A stretch of DNA of 64,000 bases, counting the filler, from Asterionella formosa (Eukaryota): the NCBI GenBank assembly GCA_002256025.1. It is 17 parts of 17 records of this genome, joined end to end, with 100 filler letters (N's around TTAATTAATTAA, not from the genome) between each part and the next. Parts side by side here need not be neighbours in the genome. Positions count along the whole stretch, not along the records: positions 1 to 31,111 come from NKIB01000750.1; positions 31,212 to 33,175 come from NKIB01000754.1; positions 33,276 to 35,238 come from NKIB01000755.1; positions 35,339 to 37,301 come from NKIB01000756.1; 13 more parts are not named here. One strand, given 5' to 3'. The notes under the pieces were generated by a model. The model did not search any database and was not told the DNA's origin. It saw only the letters and a list, made by a program, of their open reading frames with translations. The position numbers were made by a program, and so were the translations under genes. Below are positions 25,659 through 37,401 of the stretch, piece by piece; positions within the stretch are counted from its first letter, which is position 1, and every line of letters starts with the position of its first letter.

Positions 25659-26882
25659 CTAAAATTCTAAATCTGTTCCTTCGAGAGGCTTATCATGTTG
25701 TGAGTTGTTCAGACGTACCTTGAGAGTCAACAAGACTCGGCACCCGAAAATGTCTTGCAAATCTCGTTGTGCTGCCTCTCTAATCCGTCCTAATGTTAGG
25801 CCACTCGTCCCCAAAACCAACCTTTGATGGCTCTTGGATCGAACCACAAGATCTTGGTCGATTTGGAGTGCTTTCTCGCCCCTGCGCTCATGCATCAAAA
25901 AAACCTGATTGACTTGCTTGACTTGATGAGGTACTTCCCTATGCAGATTCCGGTAAATCTTTTCCCGGAGGATTTCTTCAACACGTTCAATGTCCGACAT
26001 GGACGTTGATTTGTTTGCATCGATCACCCACTGATGACTAGGAGTGGCACGGTCCAATAGATACGTGAGGAGCTCGTCTGTGCCCTCTTTTTCCAACGAA
26101 GAGATATAAAAAATATCTGGAAAGTGCTCTGCCATTGTCTCCGCGGTGGCCTTCTCGCCCGACTTGACTTGAAATCCATCATCAGAAATTATAATTTCGC
26201 CTTTCATCGCCTTTGTTCCTTCCAACAAGACTGCCTCTGCGATTTGGTAAACTTCCTCTGCCACTTGCAGTAAATCACTCTTTGGATTCACCAAATCAAC
26301 CTTATTGAGTACAATAGCAAACTTGTCAGGTGTAGCCTGTGGAGGAGGGATAATGTCGTCATCGAAATCAAGGGTCGCTTCGACTCGTCCTAGCGTCTGA
26401 GTCGACCTCATCATTAACGTGACAAGGGCTTCCCTAAGATCATCTGTTATTCGTCTCGCAGCATCAATCACCAGCAAAGTAAAGTCGACATGTTGCATCT
26501 CATCCTTTGCCGACACCATGAGATCTCGCATGAGGCCTTCTTGTTTGGCATTGAGTGTGTTTAGGAAACCGGGCGTGTCGACAAACACTAGTTGGGTCTT
26601 GTCTATGGTGCGTGCCCCGAGAATTCCTTCTCGAGTTGTATGACGCTTACGCGAGACCGCGGCCACGGCTGAGTTGATCAGTACATTGAGGAGCTGGGAT
26701 TTGCCAGCGTTGGGAGCCCCTACAATGGCAATATCGAGGCGCTTCTTGTCCGTTGGTGGGAGGGCTCGGCTCTCTGTCGATGATATGGGCGGCGCCGACG
26801 AGAAGAGCCTACTAATCCTCGTTGTCTGAAAAGATGCCGTATGACAGAAAAGTCGATGTGATCGGATCATTGGAGACAACAT
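25659..26882 (-). CDS. era: Era-family GTPase, probably organellar (mitochondrial-type presequence)
   Basis: G1 GAPNAGKS, G2 HTTR, G3 DTPG and G4 NKVD, then EILREKI...REVPH and a KH-like C-terminus. The start is chosen at MLSPMIRSHR; the ORF stays open up to 26972. Confidence 0.92.
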   Translation of the reverse strand: MLSPMIRSHRLFCHTASFQTTRISRLFSSAPPISSTESRALPPTDKKRLDIAIVGAPNAGKSQLLNVLINSAVAAVSRKRHTTREGILGARTIDKTQLVFVDTPGFLNTLNAKQEGLMRDLMVSAKDEMQHVDFTLLVIDAARRITDDLREALVTLMMRSTQTLGRVEATLDFDDDIIPPPQATPDKFAIVLNKVDLVNPKSDLLQVAEEVYQIAEAVLLEGTKAMKGEIIISDDGFQVKSGEKATAETMAEHFPDIFYISSLEKEGTDELLTYLLDRATPSHQWVIDANKSTSMSDIERVEEILREKIYRNLHREVPHQVKQVNQVFLMHERRGEKALQIDQDLVVRSKSHQRLVLGTSGLTLGRIREAAQRDLQDIFGCRVLLTLKVRLNNSQHDKPLEGTDLEF

Positions 26883-27261
26883 CTTTTTTAATGGTTGGTT
26901 GATGGTGTTGATGTTTGCTTGATCATACCTTTGTCGTCTTTTCTTTATTATTTTCATGAATACATAATTCATGGTATTTTACAACTGGTACCTGGTACCT
27001 GGTACCTGGTACAGGAACTCCTATCACCCGTGAAAAAACTGTGTTTGATTAGTCTGACTCAATATTGCTTTTAACCCTAGTTTGAGCTAGGCAGGGTTCT
27101 ATCTAATGCAGGAACCAAACTAACAGTAATGGTGTATAATTTTTCATGTCAGACATCCGTTTACAAATACTTGAATCATTCTTGTGTTTGTGCACATACA
27201 TGTATTCGTGGGAGGGACGGGAAGCTTGAAACACATCGAGACTCCTCATTCCGCTTCATAT

Positions 27262-28830
27262 TCAAATGAGAGTGGGTGAAAAGGCAACAAAAGAAAAGAG
27301 ACCAGCAGAAAGGATCACTGCAGAGAAGAAAACCACGACCCAGCCTATACAAACACGGAGCAAGAACAACCACTGTAAGTTCTTACGACCATTGACGAGG
27401 CCAACACCAGCAACTCCGCCAACAATGGCTTGGGTGGATGAGACAGGAATACCCAAGAAAGAGGCAGTGACTACGAAGAGCGATGCAGCAAGCTCAGCGC
27501 AGGCTCCACGGGAAGGGGAAAGGGGAGTAACTTTGAATCCAAGTGACTTCATGACCTTGTATCCATAGAGAGCCAAACCAACGACAATACCAACACCTCC
27601 GTACGCAAGAACCCACTTCTGCACAGGAGACTTGGATTCAAGCTCACCAGTCTGGTATATGAAAACAATTGCACTGATAGGAGCAATTGCATTGGCCACA
27701 TCATTGGCTCCATGTGCGAACGAGTTAAGACAAGCGGTAAACACTTGAATGTAACTAAAAAGTGCTTCAGCATGGGGATCATACATTTCTGCATTGTCCC
27801 ATAGCCTCTTGGCTCCTTTACTCTCGTGCATAGATTGCGACTTGAGATCCTGTCCATATGTAGCATCCTTAATCTTCTGGGCTAAGCTCTTTCTCACTGA
27901 AGTCTCAGGAGCGACGTCTTCTGTTTCAACCTCAACGCTTTTTTCGGTATCGGTAACGTCAGTGTCAACACCTACATTGTCGACGGCCTTGGAAGGTTCT
28001 TCAGTAGCCTTTTCTGGTAGGCCATCCTCAACGTCCACAGGGGCTACTTCAGCTACTTCAGCTTCTGCCTCTTCCTTTGCAATTTGGGCAAGAATTCTTT
28101 TCTTAACTATAGGGCCAAGGATCACAAGCCATACCAATCCACAGAAGGCGCCGATGCCAAAGGCGATAGGGAGCACTTTCTTGAGCTCAAGATTGGACGT
28201 CTTCGATTTGTTGTTCAAGCCCTTGTAGAGGATATAGAAAAGGTCAATTCCGATTCCCACAGTCAAGACAATAGGGAAAGTAAGGACCGCCCTATCAAAT
28301 GCAAATTCACTCTGCAAAATGCCATACTTGACACAACCGAAAAGGACGAAGGAAACTGCACCAGAAACCAACGGAGATGCAACCCAAGAAATGAAGATTT
28401 GCTTCGCAACTTGCCAGTCGATGGAATCGAAGCCCTTGGCGCAAATGGAGAATCCCATGATGCAACCGACAATGGTATGGGTGGTCGAGACTGGGAGGGC
28501 AAAGTGAGTAGCAGTAAGCAACATGAAGGCAGCAACAATAAGCGATGTCATCATGCCCAACATGACAATTTCCGGAATGTCAGCATAGAGCTTGGTGGAG
28601 AAAATCTTTGATCTGATGGTGCTAGTCACAGAAGCTCCAAGGAAGTAGGCTCCGCAGAACTCGAAGATGCTGGCAACAATGACAGCTTGCTTCAAAGTAA
28701 GCGATTTCGCAGCAACAGTGGATGCGAACGCGTTGGCAACGTCGTTGGCTCCGATTCCAAAGGCGTAGACAAAGCCGAAGAAACCGCCGACAATGCACAT
28801 CCATAGAAAATCAGGTAATGCTACCGCCAT
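27262..28830 (-). CDS. PiT/SLC20 (PHO4-family) inorganic phosphate transporter
   Basis: Two GANDVANA signatures plus LPVSTTH and IPVSSTQ, ~12 hydrophobic helices and a central acidic loop. Intronless, 522 aa. Confidence 0.96.
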   Translation of the reverse strand: MAVALPDFLWMCIVGGFFGFVYAFGIGANDVANAFASTVAAKSLTLKQAVIVASIFEFCGAYFLGASVTSTIRSKIFSTKLYADIPEIVMLGMMTSLIVAAFMLLTATHFALPVSTTHTIVGCIMGFSICAKGFDSIDWQVAKQIFISWVASPLVSGAVSFVLFGCVKYGILQSEFAFDRAVLTFPIVLTVGIGIDLFYILYKGLNNKSKTSNLELKKVLPIAFGIGAFCGLVWLVILGPIVKKRILAQIAKEEAEAEVAEVAPVDVEDGLPEKATEEPSKAVDNVGVDTDVTDTEKSVEVETEDVAPETSVRKSLAQKIKDATYGQDLKSQSMHESKGAKRLWDNAEMYDPHAEALFSYIQVFTACLNSFAHGANDVANAIAPISAIVFIYQTGELESKSPVQKWVLAYGGVGIVVGLALYGYKVMKSLGFKVTPLSPSRGACAELAASLFVVTASFLGIPVSSTQAIVGGVAGVGLVNGRKNLQWLFLLRVCIGWVVVFFSAVILSAGLFSFVAFSPTLI

Positions 28831-28909
28831 TTTACTTTAAAGTTGTTGTTTGAATTTCTCAGCAAATGAATCAATACGTTTTATTTGTGATAACAAGATC
28901 TACCACTTC

Positions 28910-28995
28910 GCTTTTTATAATCATCCCAAGGAGGATTGATGGTGATAGCTTGTAACATTACTTCGAAAGACTACTCGAATCTGTAATGAATCTTT
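28910..28995 (-). promoter_or_regulatory. Putative promoter of the phosphate transporter: TATA-like box plus two GAATCT motifs
   Basis: TTATAAAAA on the minus strand at ~28912-28921. CGAATCTG at 28976 and TGAATCTT at 28987 resemble the YGAATCTH motif I recall for the diatom phosphate-starvation regulator PSR. Confidence 0.35.
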
Positions 28996-29930
28996 TCGAA
29001 TTCTTCTTGGGCTTCTCAATCAGTACATAGCAGAAACAGTAGAACTTGATGCTTTTCCTTCATCAAACAAAAGGAGACTTGACATGAACTGGAGATGGCT
29101 GGCTGGGAAAACATGTTCACAACAGATCACGACCGACGGGTGGACTTGCAACGATGATAACTGTACTAGAAAGGCAATGGGACTCGCGTGCGTGACGAAG
29201 CAGCTGGTCTGAATGCGAACTCATAGTCTACAGTAGCTAAACGAGGCGTTTGATCTCCTATGCATACGGCTGAGTGCTCAAACATTTCCTTGGTCGATCA
29301 TAATTGCATCTATCACACTTCTCATCTTTTCTGCCTGCTTCCGCCATCAACTGATGTGCATGCAGCAATCCACTCTGTGACATCATGTTTGTTGATGAGA
29401 CGCATCACACGTGTATGCATTGTACATACAACATGCTTATACGCACAATTTCATATTACAACGCATACATACCATTAGGCACATACATAAGGTAACAGGT
29501 ACTGTCAAGATTTGTTACTGCGTGCATATTAGCTCAGTCGAACTAATCAATCTTGAAAAATATTCCAGCCAAAATCCCGTATTGAAATGCCGTGAGAATT
29601 GGAACAGCATTGATTGCCAAGAACTATATCAGCAAACCAGGGTAAAAATTCGAATGGAGAATGTTCTAAGTAATCAATATTTCAATGAAGGAAAGGTATA
29701 TATGTAATGCAGATAAGATTGAATATTCACAATTGCTCTGACAAGTGAGTGGAGTTGAGGTGTCAGTTGAGAATTGAATGTCTAACAGCAGCCACAATGA
29801 ATATCTTTATACAAATTTGGAAAGAGAACCTTAATAATTGGTCATGTGAATGATTAAAAGATAGATCAAAAAAGCTCACAATAAGGTGGGATTAGAGCAG
29901 AAGGTTTTAATACACTGAGCTTGTCTACTA

Positions 29931-31111
29931 CATCTAAGCCGCGTATTACGTGAAGTGACCATCACGTAAATAAGCCTAGTTGATTTTGAATGGATCACAT
30001 GAATTAGTTGAATACATCAAAATGCTTACTTGAATATATCTATATATTATCTGAATACATCACGTTAATTATTTGATCAGAGTATCATGCATGCATTCCT
30101 GATCATCACTATATTACATGATCACCTTCACATAATTATTTGAAATACTTCACATAATTATTTGAAATACTTCAATTAATTCTGTAATTCAGTTCACATT
30201 GCCTTAAATTTTTGTTCACATAATTCTATAATATAGTTCACATAATTTTTACGTATTTTAAAAGTACTATCAAATAATGTTGATTACTAATTCAACAACC
30301 GGTATTTCACATTACATGGGAAACAAATCTCGATATGCAATCAAACAAAGCTGTTCTATCAGAATGGCATCTTCAGTTTTGAGAAGGCAGGCATTATGAG
30401 ACATCTGCAAGGACATTGCAAGACAAGGAGAAGCCATTCATTCAGAAGGGGGAAATTATTCACTCTTGAACAGGCATCATTCTACGAAGTTGCAACATGA
30501 ATGCATCCTCACACACTGATTTCCTTCTTGTACTTGAAATGACTTCTTCATTGACCTGCAGAGATTTTCAGAACAACAGTGTGTCAGTAATGTATATGAT
30601 AGAACTAGCAACAGCAGAAAGCAACACACAGTTCATTCCAGACCTCATTGTCCCTGCCTGTTGTCAACAACAATGCGTGAGCTGACAAGCCATACTAGCA
30701 TTTAGGTACACAACAAGAACACACTCACCATTCAACTGTATTGCAGAGTTCTTTTATTTGAGTCGAGGATTCAATTGACATTGCAGCAACCTATGCAGTT
30801 ACAGAAACAATGAGAAGGAATGATTTGTTAGCAAGTAGTCATGTTACATTGAAACAACGACACGCAATTCCATCGTATCCTCTTGCTTCACTTACCACAA
30901 ATCAATGCAACTGATGCATAAGTCTGTAATAGTAACTTGTCAGTAAATTCTTGAATAAGTAAGTTTCGGGTATCCAATGTTGTCGAATAAAACTTACCGG
31001 TACATTTTTGTCATCTTAACTTTGAGAGAAGGTAAACGTTTTGTCAGCTTTGTTCCAACAGAAGTGAATAGGTCCAACGAGCGACAAGAGCACTTACGCA
31101 ATTTGGTTTTG
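29931..31111. mobile_element. Second 'CATCTAAG'-family transposon end; the element extends right to the contig end
   Basis: TA|CATCTAAGCCGCG... is an inverted copy of 180-522. Internal sequence near 30770 (TCAATTGACATTGCAGCAA) also recurs at positions 26-44. Confidence 0.7.
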
Positions 31112-31211
31112 NNNNNNNNNNNNNNNNNNNNNNNNNNNNNNNNNNNNNNNNNNNNTTAATTAATTAANNNNNNNNNNNNNNNNNNNNNNNNNNNNNNNNN
31201 NNNNNNNNNNN
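31112..31211. other. Artificial 100-bp contig linker (N-TTAATTAATTAA-N), first of 16; the last is at 62013-62112
   Basis: Identical six-frame-stop linkers. The intervening contigs shrink monotonically from 1964 to 1956 bp, i.e. they are size-sorted unplaced contigs. Confidence 0.98.
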
Positions 31212-32459
31212 GGTGTTACTTTCCCCTTTGCTAAGGGAGTGATAGTGAGGAGGGCAGTATTTTATGTGACTTTTCACTGCTGTTTTCGAAAGGATCCCAC
31301 ACCAACCCGCAGTACCTGTTGTAGAAAATCAAATCAAATGTAATGTAATGTAATGTAATGAAAATGAATTCATTCTCGATCCACAAACTACCACCAGCAT
31401 GATGAAATAGCTTGGTGCTTTGATGAAATTTTGACGTGTTCATTTGCAATGCAGTAGCTTATTCAGAGTCACACGTATAGTCTTCCTTATTTCCATCACA
31501 TGTTGGACAAGTCCAATAATCCTGCGATGCTTGAGTCCCTCTGACAAAATTTGCTTCCATTTCTTTGCCACGACTCTGGGACTTAGAAAACTCTCTCTTG
31601 GGATTTTGACAGAGATAAATAAAAAGTCTTCCTTCATTCCACAACAGCATGGACAACACCAACCATTCTTCATCGTTCGAATCTGAAATAAATCGGCTTC
31701 TATTTCAAGACCACATATCTGGTTATTGGACATGAAATCAGGGATTGGGATTAAAAACATCGTTCATTGGGGTTTTCAACGAGATCAACAGGAAGGAGGA
31801 GAGATGCATTAGCGGCTGCAGCAAAACCCGAAAACGATGAAGGAATTCGCAAAGCATTTCATGTGACGAACCTTGCGAAAGCCACGCTCTCTAAAGCACT
31901 TGTACTTGCCAGGTCCGGTCGGGGTCGGCACGTGATAAATACCATACAATCTTTCCCCAGGCTGTAGTTTGTAATATTGCATTCTTGCGTTGATTATTAA
32001 CAGAACAAAGCAATTGTGAACTTTTGTAACGATGCATACAATGAAATAATTATGATGCTTTTGTAACACATTTGACGAGCGATGTGCTCAATCGATGCGA
32101 ATGCTGAACTATTCTTCGCGTGTGGTACCAGGTACCGTACCAGGTACCGTACCTGGTACCACTGGCACTATACCGTGTATGTGACCCATTGTTACCAAAC
32201 CTGGAGGGAGTTGGGAGTTCCGGGAAAGTCCGAATATTGCGAATATTTGTCTGTAGATGCAGATCGGGTACGGTATATACCGGTAATCAAAAGATATAAC
32301 TGTACATAATATAAATACAGTATATAGGAGTATACCCGAAGTTATTTGGTACACGTATTATGCCTTGTATCGGTACCCCTGGTACCAGGTAACTAAATAT
32401 ATACATACGTAGAGCGCAGCCTCTCAACATGAATATGGATACAGGTTCGTGGTACCAGG

Positions 32460-33175
32460 TGTTGAGGGGAACCTTATCGTGAATAAAGGTGAACTACAAT
32501 ATTATGACTATTCTATTGCTGTTCCAAGTACATCGTTGTCAGCACTCACGCATGTACCTAATCTGGTGGCTGCGCCGGTATGGTTCGTACGGCGCATGTA
32601 TGGAGCATCATATGCAGATATTAACACACCCTCACCAACAGATGCAGGCAGAAGAACAGGAGCGGGGATGGAGATGCTATCAGCATCGGAAGCCAAGCAC
32701 GCATAATAGTTAGGAGGACTAGGGAGGGATGGAGGGCAATGGAGATAGTGCGGGCGCATCAACATATGATGGGAAGCGGGATGATGTTTAGTGAAATAAT
32801 CAGCACGATTCAAACTACCTTTTTTCCAGTATACAAGAAATTGGCCTTGGCGAACCCGATCGCGTACCCAGTAATACCGCATATCCATAGCTTTGGAACG
32901 TTTTTGTCGGACAGTATCATTGGCAATGCCACTGGCAGTGCTATTATCGGTGACAATACGGGTAGAAGGTTGGGGATGACCAAGCTCAGCAAGAATGGTG
33001 CGAATAGCATATGCCTCTTTGCCATTGTGGAATAAAGCAGCTAATTCGGCCTCAGCAGCACTTGATACAACCTCCTTAAGAATTTGACAGTGGACGTAAA
33101 TAGCACCGTTAAGAGGAGGGATGGATGTAGTGAGGCTAGGTGGAGACACGGGTTTACAGCTGAGAAAGTGAATGC
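32460..33175 (-). mobile_element. Ty1/Copia (CoDi-type) 3' end: RNase H, polypurine tract and 167-bp 3' LTR (32626-32460)
   Basis: SSAAEAELAALF...TDNSTA...KAMDMRYYWVRD...ADYFTKHH. On the minus strand GGTGAGGGTG is followed by TGTTAA...TCAACA. Confidence 0.92.
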
Positions 33176-33339
33176 NNNNNNNNNNNNNNNNNNNNNNNNN
33201 NNNNNNNNNNNNNNNNNNNTTAATTAATTAANNNNNNNNNNNNNNNNNNNNNNNNNNNNNNNNNNNNNNNNNNNNTGTTTACAATATTACAATACAACAT
33301 GTGAATGAATTTATCAGTGTGTGTCCTGTGGGTATTCAT

Positions 33340-34060
33340 GTGCATCCTCAAATTCCGAAATCTAAGGGAGCCCGATGTCCTATACATTCTGGTGAATTTC
33401 GTGATCGCATGCAAATTGACTTAATTGATTATCGTGCCAATGAACAAGCACCTGCAATGTTTATGGTCAGTTAATGAGGTGGATTATGGTTGTGAAGGAT
33501 CACTTCACTGGCTTACTATGCTATTTAAGAGCTATTCCAAACAAAAATGCAAAGTATGTCTGATTTGAATTAAACTATGCATCTCTTTGGATTGATTGGA
33601 TATCCGCATATCTTTCACACAGATAATGGTTCTGAGTTCACAGCTGAACAAGTTGTGGGTACGTTGAAAAGGTGGAATCAAACAATACTGACAGTCACTG
33701 GTAGGCCCCACAAGCCCAGTGATCAGGGTTGTGTCAAAATCATCAACAGACTTGTGAAACTTGTAATGAACAGTGTACTTGCAAGTGAAGTTCAAAGGGA
33801 AAACTCCGTCCAACTGGACCAAATACCTTGGAGAAGTTAATTCAATTCTGAATAGACAATGTGGTTGGGCCAAAAATGATGTTTCTGCAAATGAAACCGT
33901 TTTTGGGATTGATTTTGATCCCATTATGCCAGATACCAGAGACAGCAAGAGCAGATGCACAACTATCCAAGAGCGCATGGATGTGGCAGCTAGCAGTAGA
34001 TTCCGTGCTGTTGTGAAATCCATGTATGACTTGTCCTTTAATCCCAGTGACACCAATGAC
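33340..34060 (+). pseudogene. Ginger2/KRBA2-like integrase-type transposase, frameshifted
   Basis: RMQIDLID...VKDHFTG...LRAIPNK...FGLIGYPHIFHTDNGSEF...GRPHKPSDQG...WTKYL...ETVFG across frames. No RT or RNase H nearby. Confidence 0.75.
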
Positions 34061-35338
34061 GCACTCTGTCTCCATGGAGTTGACATTGCCACAGGTTGGC
34101 AATGGCTGTGACTTTTCACAACATTTTGCTGAAATTTTGGAAGGACCTGATGTTAGCAACATTGTTCAAGCTCAATCAACAAATGATTATGAGAAAACCA
34201 GTGATTATGATATCAGCAGCAGCGATGATGAAAAACCTGAGAGAAAAGAGCAGTCTTTCCACGTCTACTGCCACAGTAAAGACAACGAAAATCTGGGTAA
34301 TCACTTATTTCAACAGCTACAGCTAGATTGTGGCACAGACAACTTGCTGCCGTCTTCTTCCATAGGCAACTCAGTCAAAGGCATAGACAAAACGCTACAA
34401 TCTTCTGCCAGTTGCATCACAGAAGAAAAGAAGCCAGATGGGGATTGTATAAGTTATGAAATTATTGCAGTTCCTCCACAAACAAGAAAGAGAAAAATGA
34501 CAACAACAAGAAGAAATGCCTTATCAGTTCAAGAAGCATTGGAATTAGGTGAAGGGTCAATTCATATTTGGGGAGGCCAAAAATTCAAAAGTTATATCCG
34601 ATACCATTTAATCACAGTTTGCAATGAAGCATACTACTCTAAATGTGAGAATACCAATGCCTGGTATGAAACTGATTTTATACCAAGTTTTGCAGCACTG
34701 ATTGCTCACTGGTTCCATTCAATTTTTTCATTGTCTGTTACCGATGGAAAAAGTAGAATCCTCAACTCACCCATCACACATGGAAGCCTGGCTGGCTACC
34801 TATGAAGCTGGCCAGTACCGCCTTAACTATCAAATTTAACGTGACAAGCGCTGGCAGGGCACTATCACCCAGTACCTACCGGTAGTTCGCCGCAACCAAA
34901 CCCGTCACCCTTCCGAACAATCTGATCACCACACTTAAATTACGTGGGGCACCAGAGCAGTGCGACCCACTGACCTCCACACTAGCTGAGTTTATTAAAG
35001 CATGATACTCTCAATTTTTTTCACTATCAGTCCATGTCTACACTGAATCATGACTCTGGATTAGCGTATATTGTTGCACTATCTTTACATGTCAGATCCA
35101 TCGAGTTATTTAGTATCTACTTTAGTTGAGCTCATGGATTAGTTAACATTCCTATGGTTCTGGATAATTATAGCTATTTTTAAGTGGCAAAAAGCAAGAC
35201 TTTGGGGAGCATAATTGTTTAAAAGCAAATAGCTTATTNNNNNNNNNNNNNNNNNNNNNNNNNNNNNNNNNNNNNNNNNNNNTTAATTAATTAANNNNNN
35301 NNNNNNNNNNNNNNNNNNNNNNNNNNNNNNNNNNNNNN

Positions 35339-35641
35339 CCGTTAAAAGTAACCTTTTTACGTGAAGAGTGGCATTAATGCATGTGAAGTACCACATAATT
35401 AACACTCGTACGTAAACGAAATTTCGAAAAGTCAAATGAATTATTTGAAACATCAACTAATTCAGTCTCGCGTTCAAAAGTCATTGTGAAAACTCACATG
35501 AAGCAGTTAAAACTTCACATGAAACCGTTAAAAGTAATCTTTTTTACGTGAAGAGTGGCATAATTGCATGTGAAGTACCACATTATTAACCCTCATACGT
35601 AGACGAAATTTCGAAAAGTGGCGTATTTCGCGTCTTAGATG
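35339..35641. mobile_element. Third 'CATCTAAG'-type terminus (subfamily ending CGCGTCTTAGATG) with a subterminal duplication
   Basis: Ends TCGAAAAGTG...GCGTCTTAGATG, matching the reverse complement of 52721 onward. The segment starting at 35339 is repeated at 35525. Confidence 0.6.
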
Positions 35642-36750
35642 CCGTGTAGGGTGTAGGTGAAAAAATCCTGGCTGTGACATGTAAATGATTAGAAGCATTG
35701 ATCCATTATGAATCAACGGAATACCATCTTATTCGGTACTATCTTCCAATGAGATGAGTGGTTCTTAGGTATTGATTTCTCCAATATTGATGAAGTTATT
35801 GACAAATCAGCAGTGGTAACAATCATCACCGTGTAGGGTGTAGGTGAAAAAATCCGGGCTGTGACATGTAAATGATGTCTGACAATACTTTCAATGGCAC
35901 ACTTCCCACAGAGATTGGACTCTTGACAAGTCTCAATTATCTAGATGCATTCAATGGATCAGTTCCTCAAGATTTCTAAGTACTGATGACATAATAGTGG
36001 TCCATATGTGTTATCCACAGAATGCTACTAGGGTTAGATAAAATATGTAGGCAAGATTGGACTCTTGACAATATTTACTGATCAATATTTGTTGAACAAT
36101 ACTTTCACTGGCACAGGACTATTGACAATTTTTACTGATCTACCGGTATATTTGTTGAACAATACTTTTTTCCTTTGGAGATGTAGCCCCTTGATGTTTT
36201 GGAATTAGAGTCTGAGGGTTCTGTCCTCTATGGCTATGGGTTTGTCTCCCCATGTGATTTGAGACTCTATGTCTGGATTTCTTGTTGTTGCCTGTATCTT
36301 TGATTGTAACCTTTGGCTGGTTGTCTTGCGCTTTTCTGAGTTTTGTTGTGAATTGCTTTGTTATCTTTTGTGATTTGTTTTCTTGGTTTCTCAGTTGTGT
36401 TTTATCTGTGTGTAACCATGGGACCTGCCCTGATTGTGTGTGTTCTGCTACTTGGATCTTAGTCGGTACTATCTTCCAATGAGTTGAGTGTTTCTTAGGT
36501 ATGGATTGCTTCAATATTGATGAAGATATTGACAAATAAGTAGTGGTAAAAATCATCACCGACCGTGTAGGGTGTAGGTGAAAAAATCCGGGCTGTGACA
36601 TGTAAATGATGAGTAGCATTGATCCATTGTATATCAACGGAATACCATCTATTCGGTACTATCTTCCAATGAGTTGAGTGTTTCTGAGGTATGGATTGCT
36701 CCAATATTGATGAAGTTATTGACAAATAAGTAGTGGTAACAATCATCACC
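35642..36750. repeat. Interrupted ~190-bp repeat (CCGTGTAGGGTGTAGGTGAAAAAATCC...) interleaved with LRR-coding scraps
   Basis: Units or partial units start at 35642, ~35829, ~36462 and ~36564. 35881-35978 translates to DNTFNGTLPTEIGLLTSLNYLDAFNGSVPQDF*. Confidence 0.7.
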
Positions 36751-36772
36751 GTGTACTAGTGTGTAGGCGAAA

Positions 36773-37301
36773 TACTGGAAATTCAATTAGGTTAAGACTG
36801 TAACACCTTTCCATGTTGTGGAACAGACCAATTACTTGGGAAAGAGTATAGAACTAGATAATATCCATATCTCTGTCTGGAAACAATAACAAACACCATG
36901 GAACGGTCACCATATCATGTTGTAGCAAAACACACATATTTATAGTGACTGTTTCCACTAGTACTGGAAATTCAATTAGGTTACAACTGTAACACCTTTC
37001 CATGTTGTGGAACAGACCAATTACTTGGGAAAGAGTATAGAACTAGATAATATCCATATCTCTGTCTGGAAACAATAACAAACACCATGGAACGGTCACC
37101 ATATCATGTTGTAGCAAAACACACATATTTATAGTGACTGTTTCCACTAGTACTGGAAATTCAATTAGGTTACAACTGTAACACCTTTCCATGTTGTGGA
37201 ACAGACCAATTACTTGGGAAAGAGTATAGAACTAGATAATATCCATATCTCTGTCTGGAAACAATAACAAACACCATGGAACGGTCACCATATCATGTTG
37301 T
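36773..37301. repeat. 189-bp near-perfect tandem repeat, ~2.8 copies running into the contig end
   Basis: TACTGGAAATTCAATTAGG at 36773, 36962 and 37151. Confidence 0.95.
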
Positions 37302-37401
37302 NNNNNNNNNNNNNNNNNNNNNNNNNNNNNNNNNNNNNNNNNNNNTTAATTAATTAANNNNNNNNNNNNNNNNNNNNNNNNNNNNNNNNNNNNNNNNNNN
37401 N

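Noticed and set aside
9404..28804. Numerous antisense or alternate-frame ORFs overlapping the host genes, and TTG/GTG starts
   Set aside because: These are shadow ORFs of real genes. The track uses prokaryotic start rules on eukaryotic DNA.
522..29931. A single 30-kb composite transposon carrying the host genes
   Set aside because: The termini face the gene block and the element bodies extend outward, which is the wrong polarity for enclosing TIRs.
31212..32070. Cys-rich ORF fragments
   Set aside because: They are short and broken, with no recognisable domain, so no call can be supported.
35170..35195. Another CCACTTAAAAA terminus (TTTTTAAGTGG)
   Set aside because: The match is only 11 bp, it is not followed by TA, and there is no further homology to the element.
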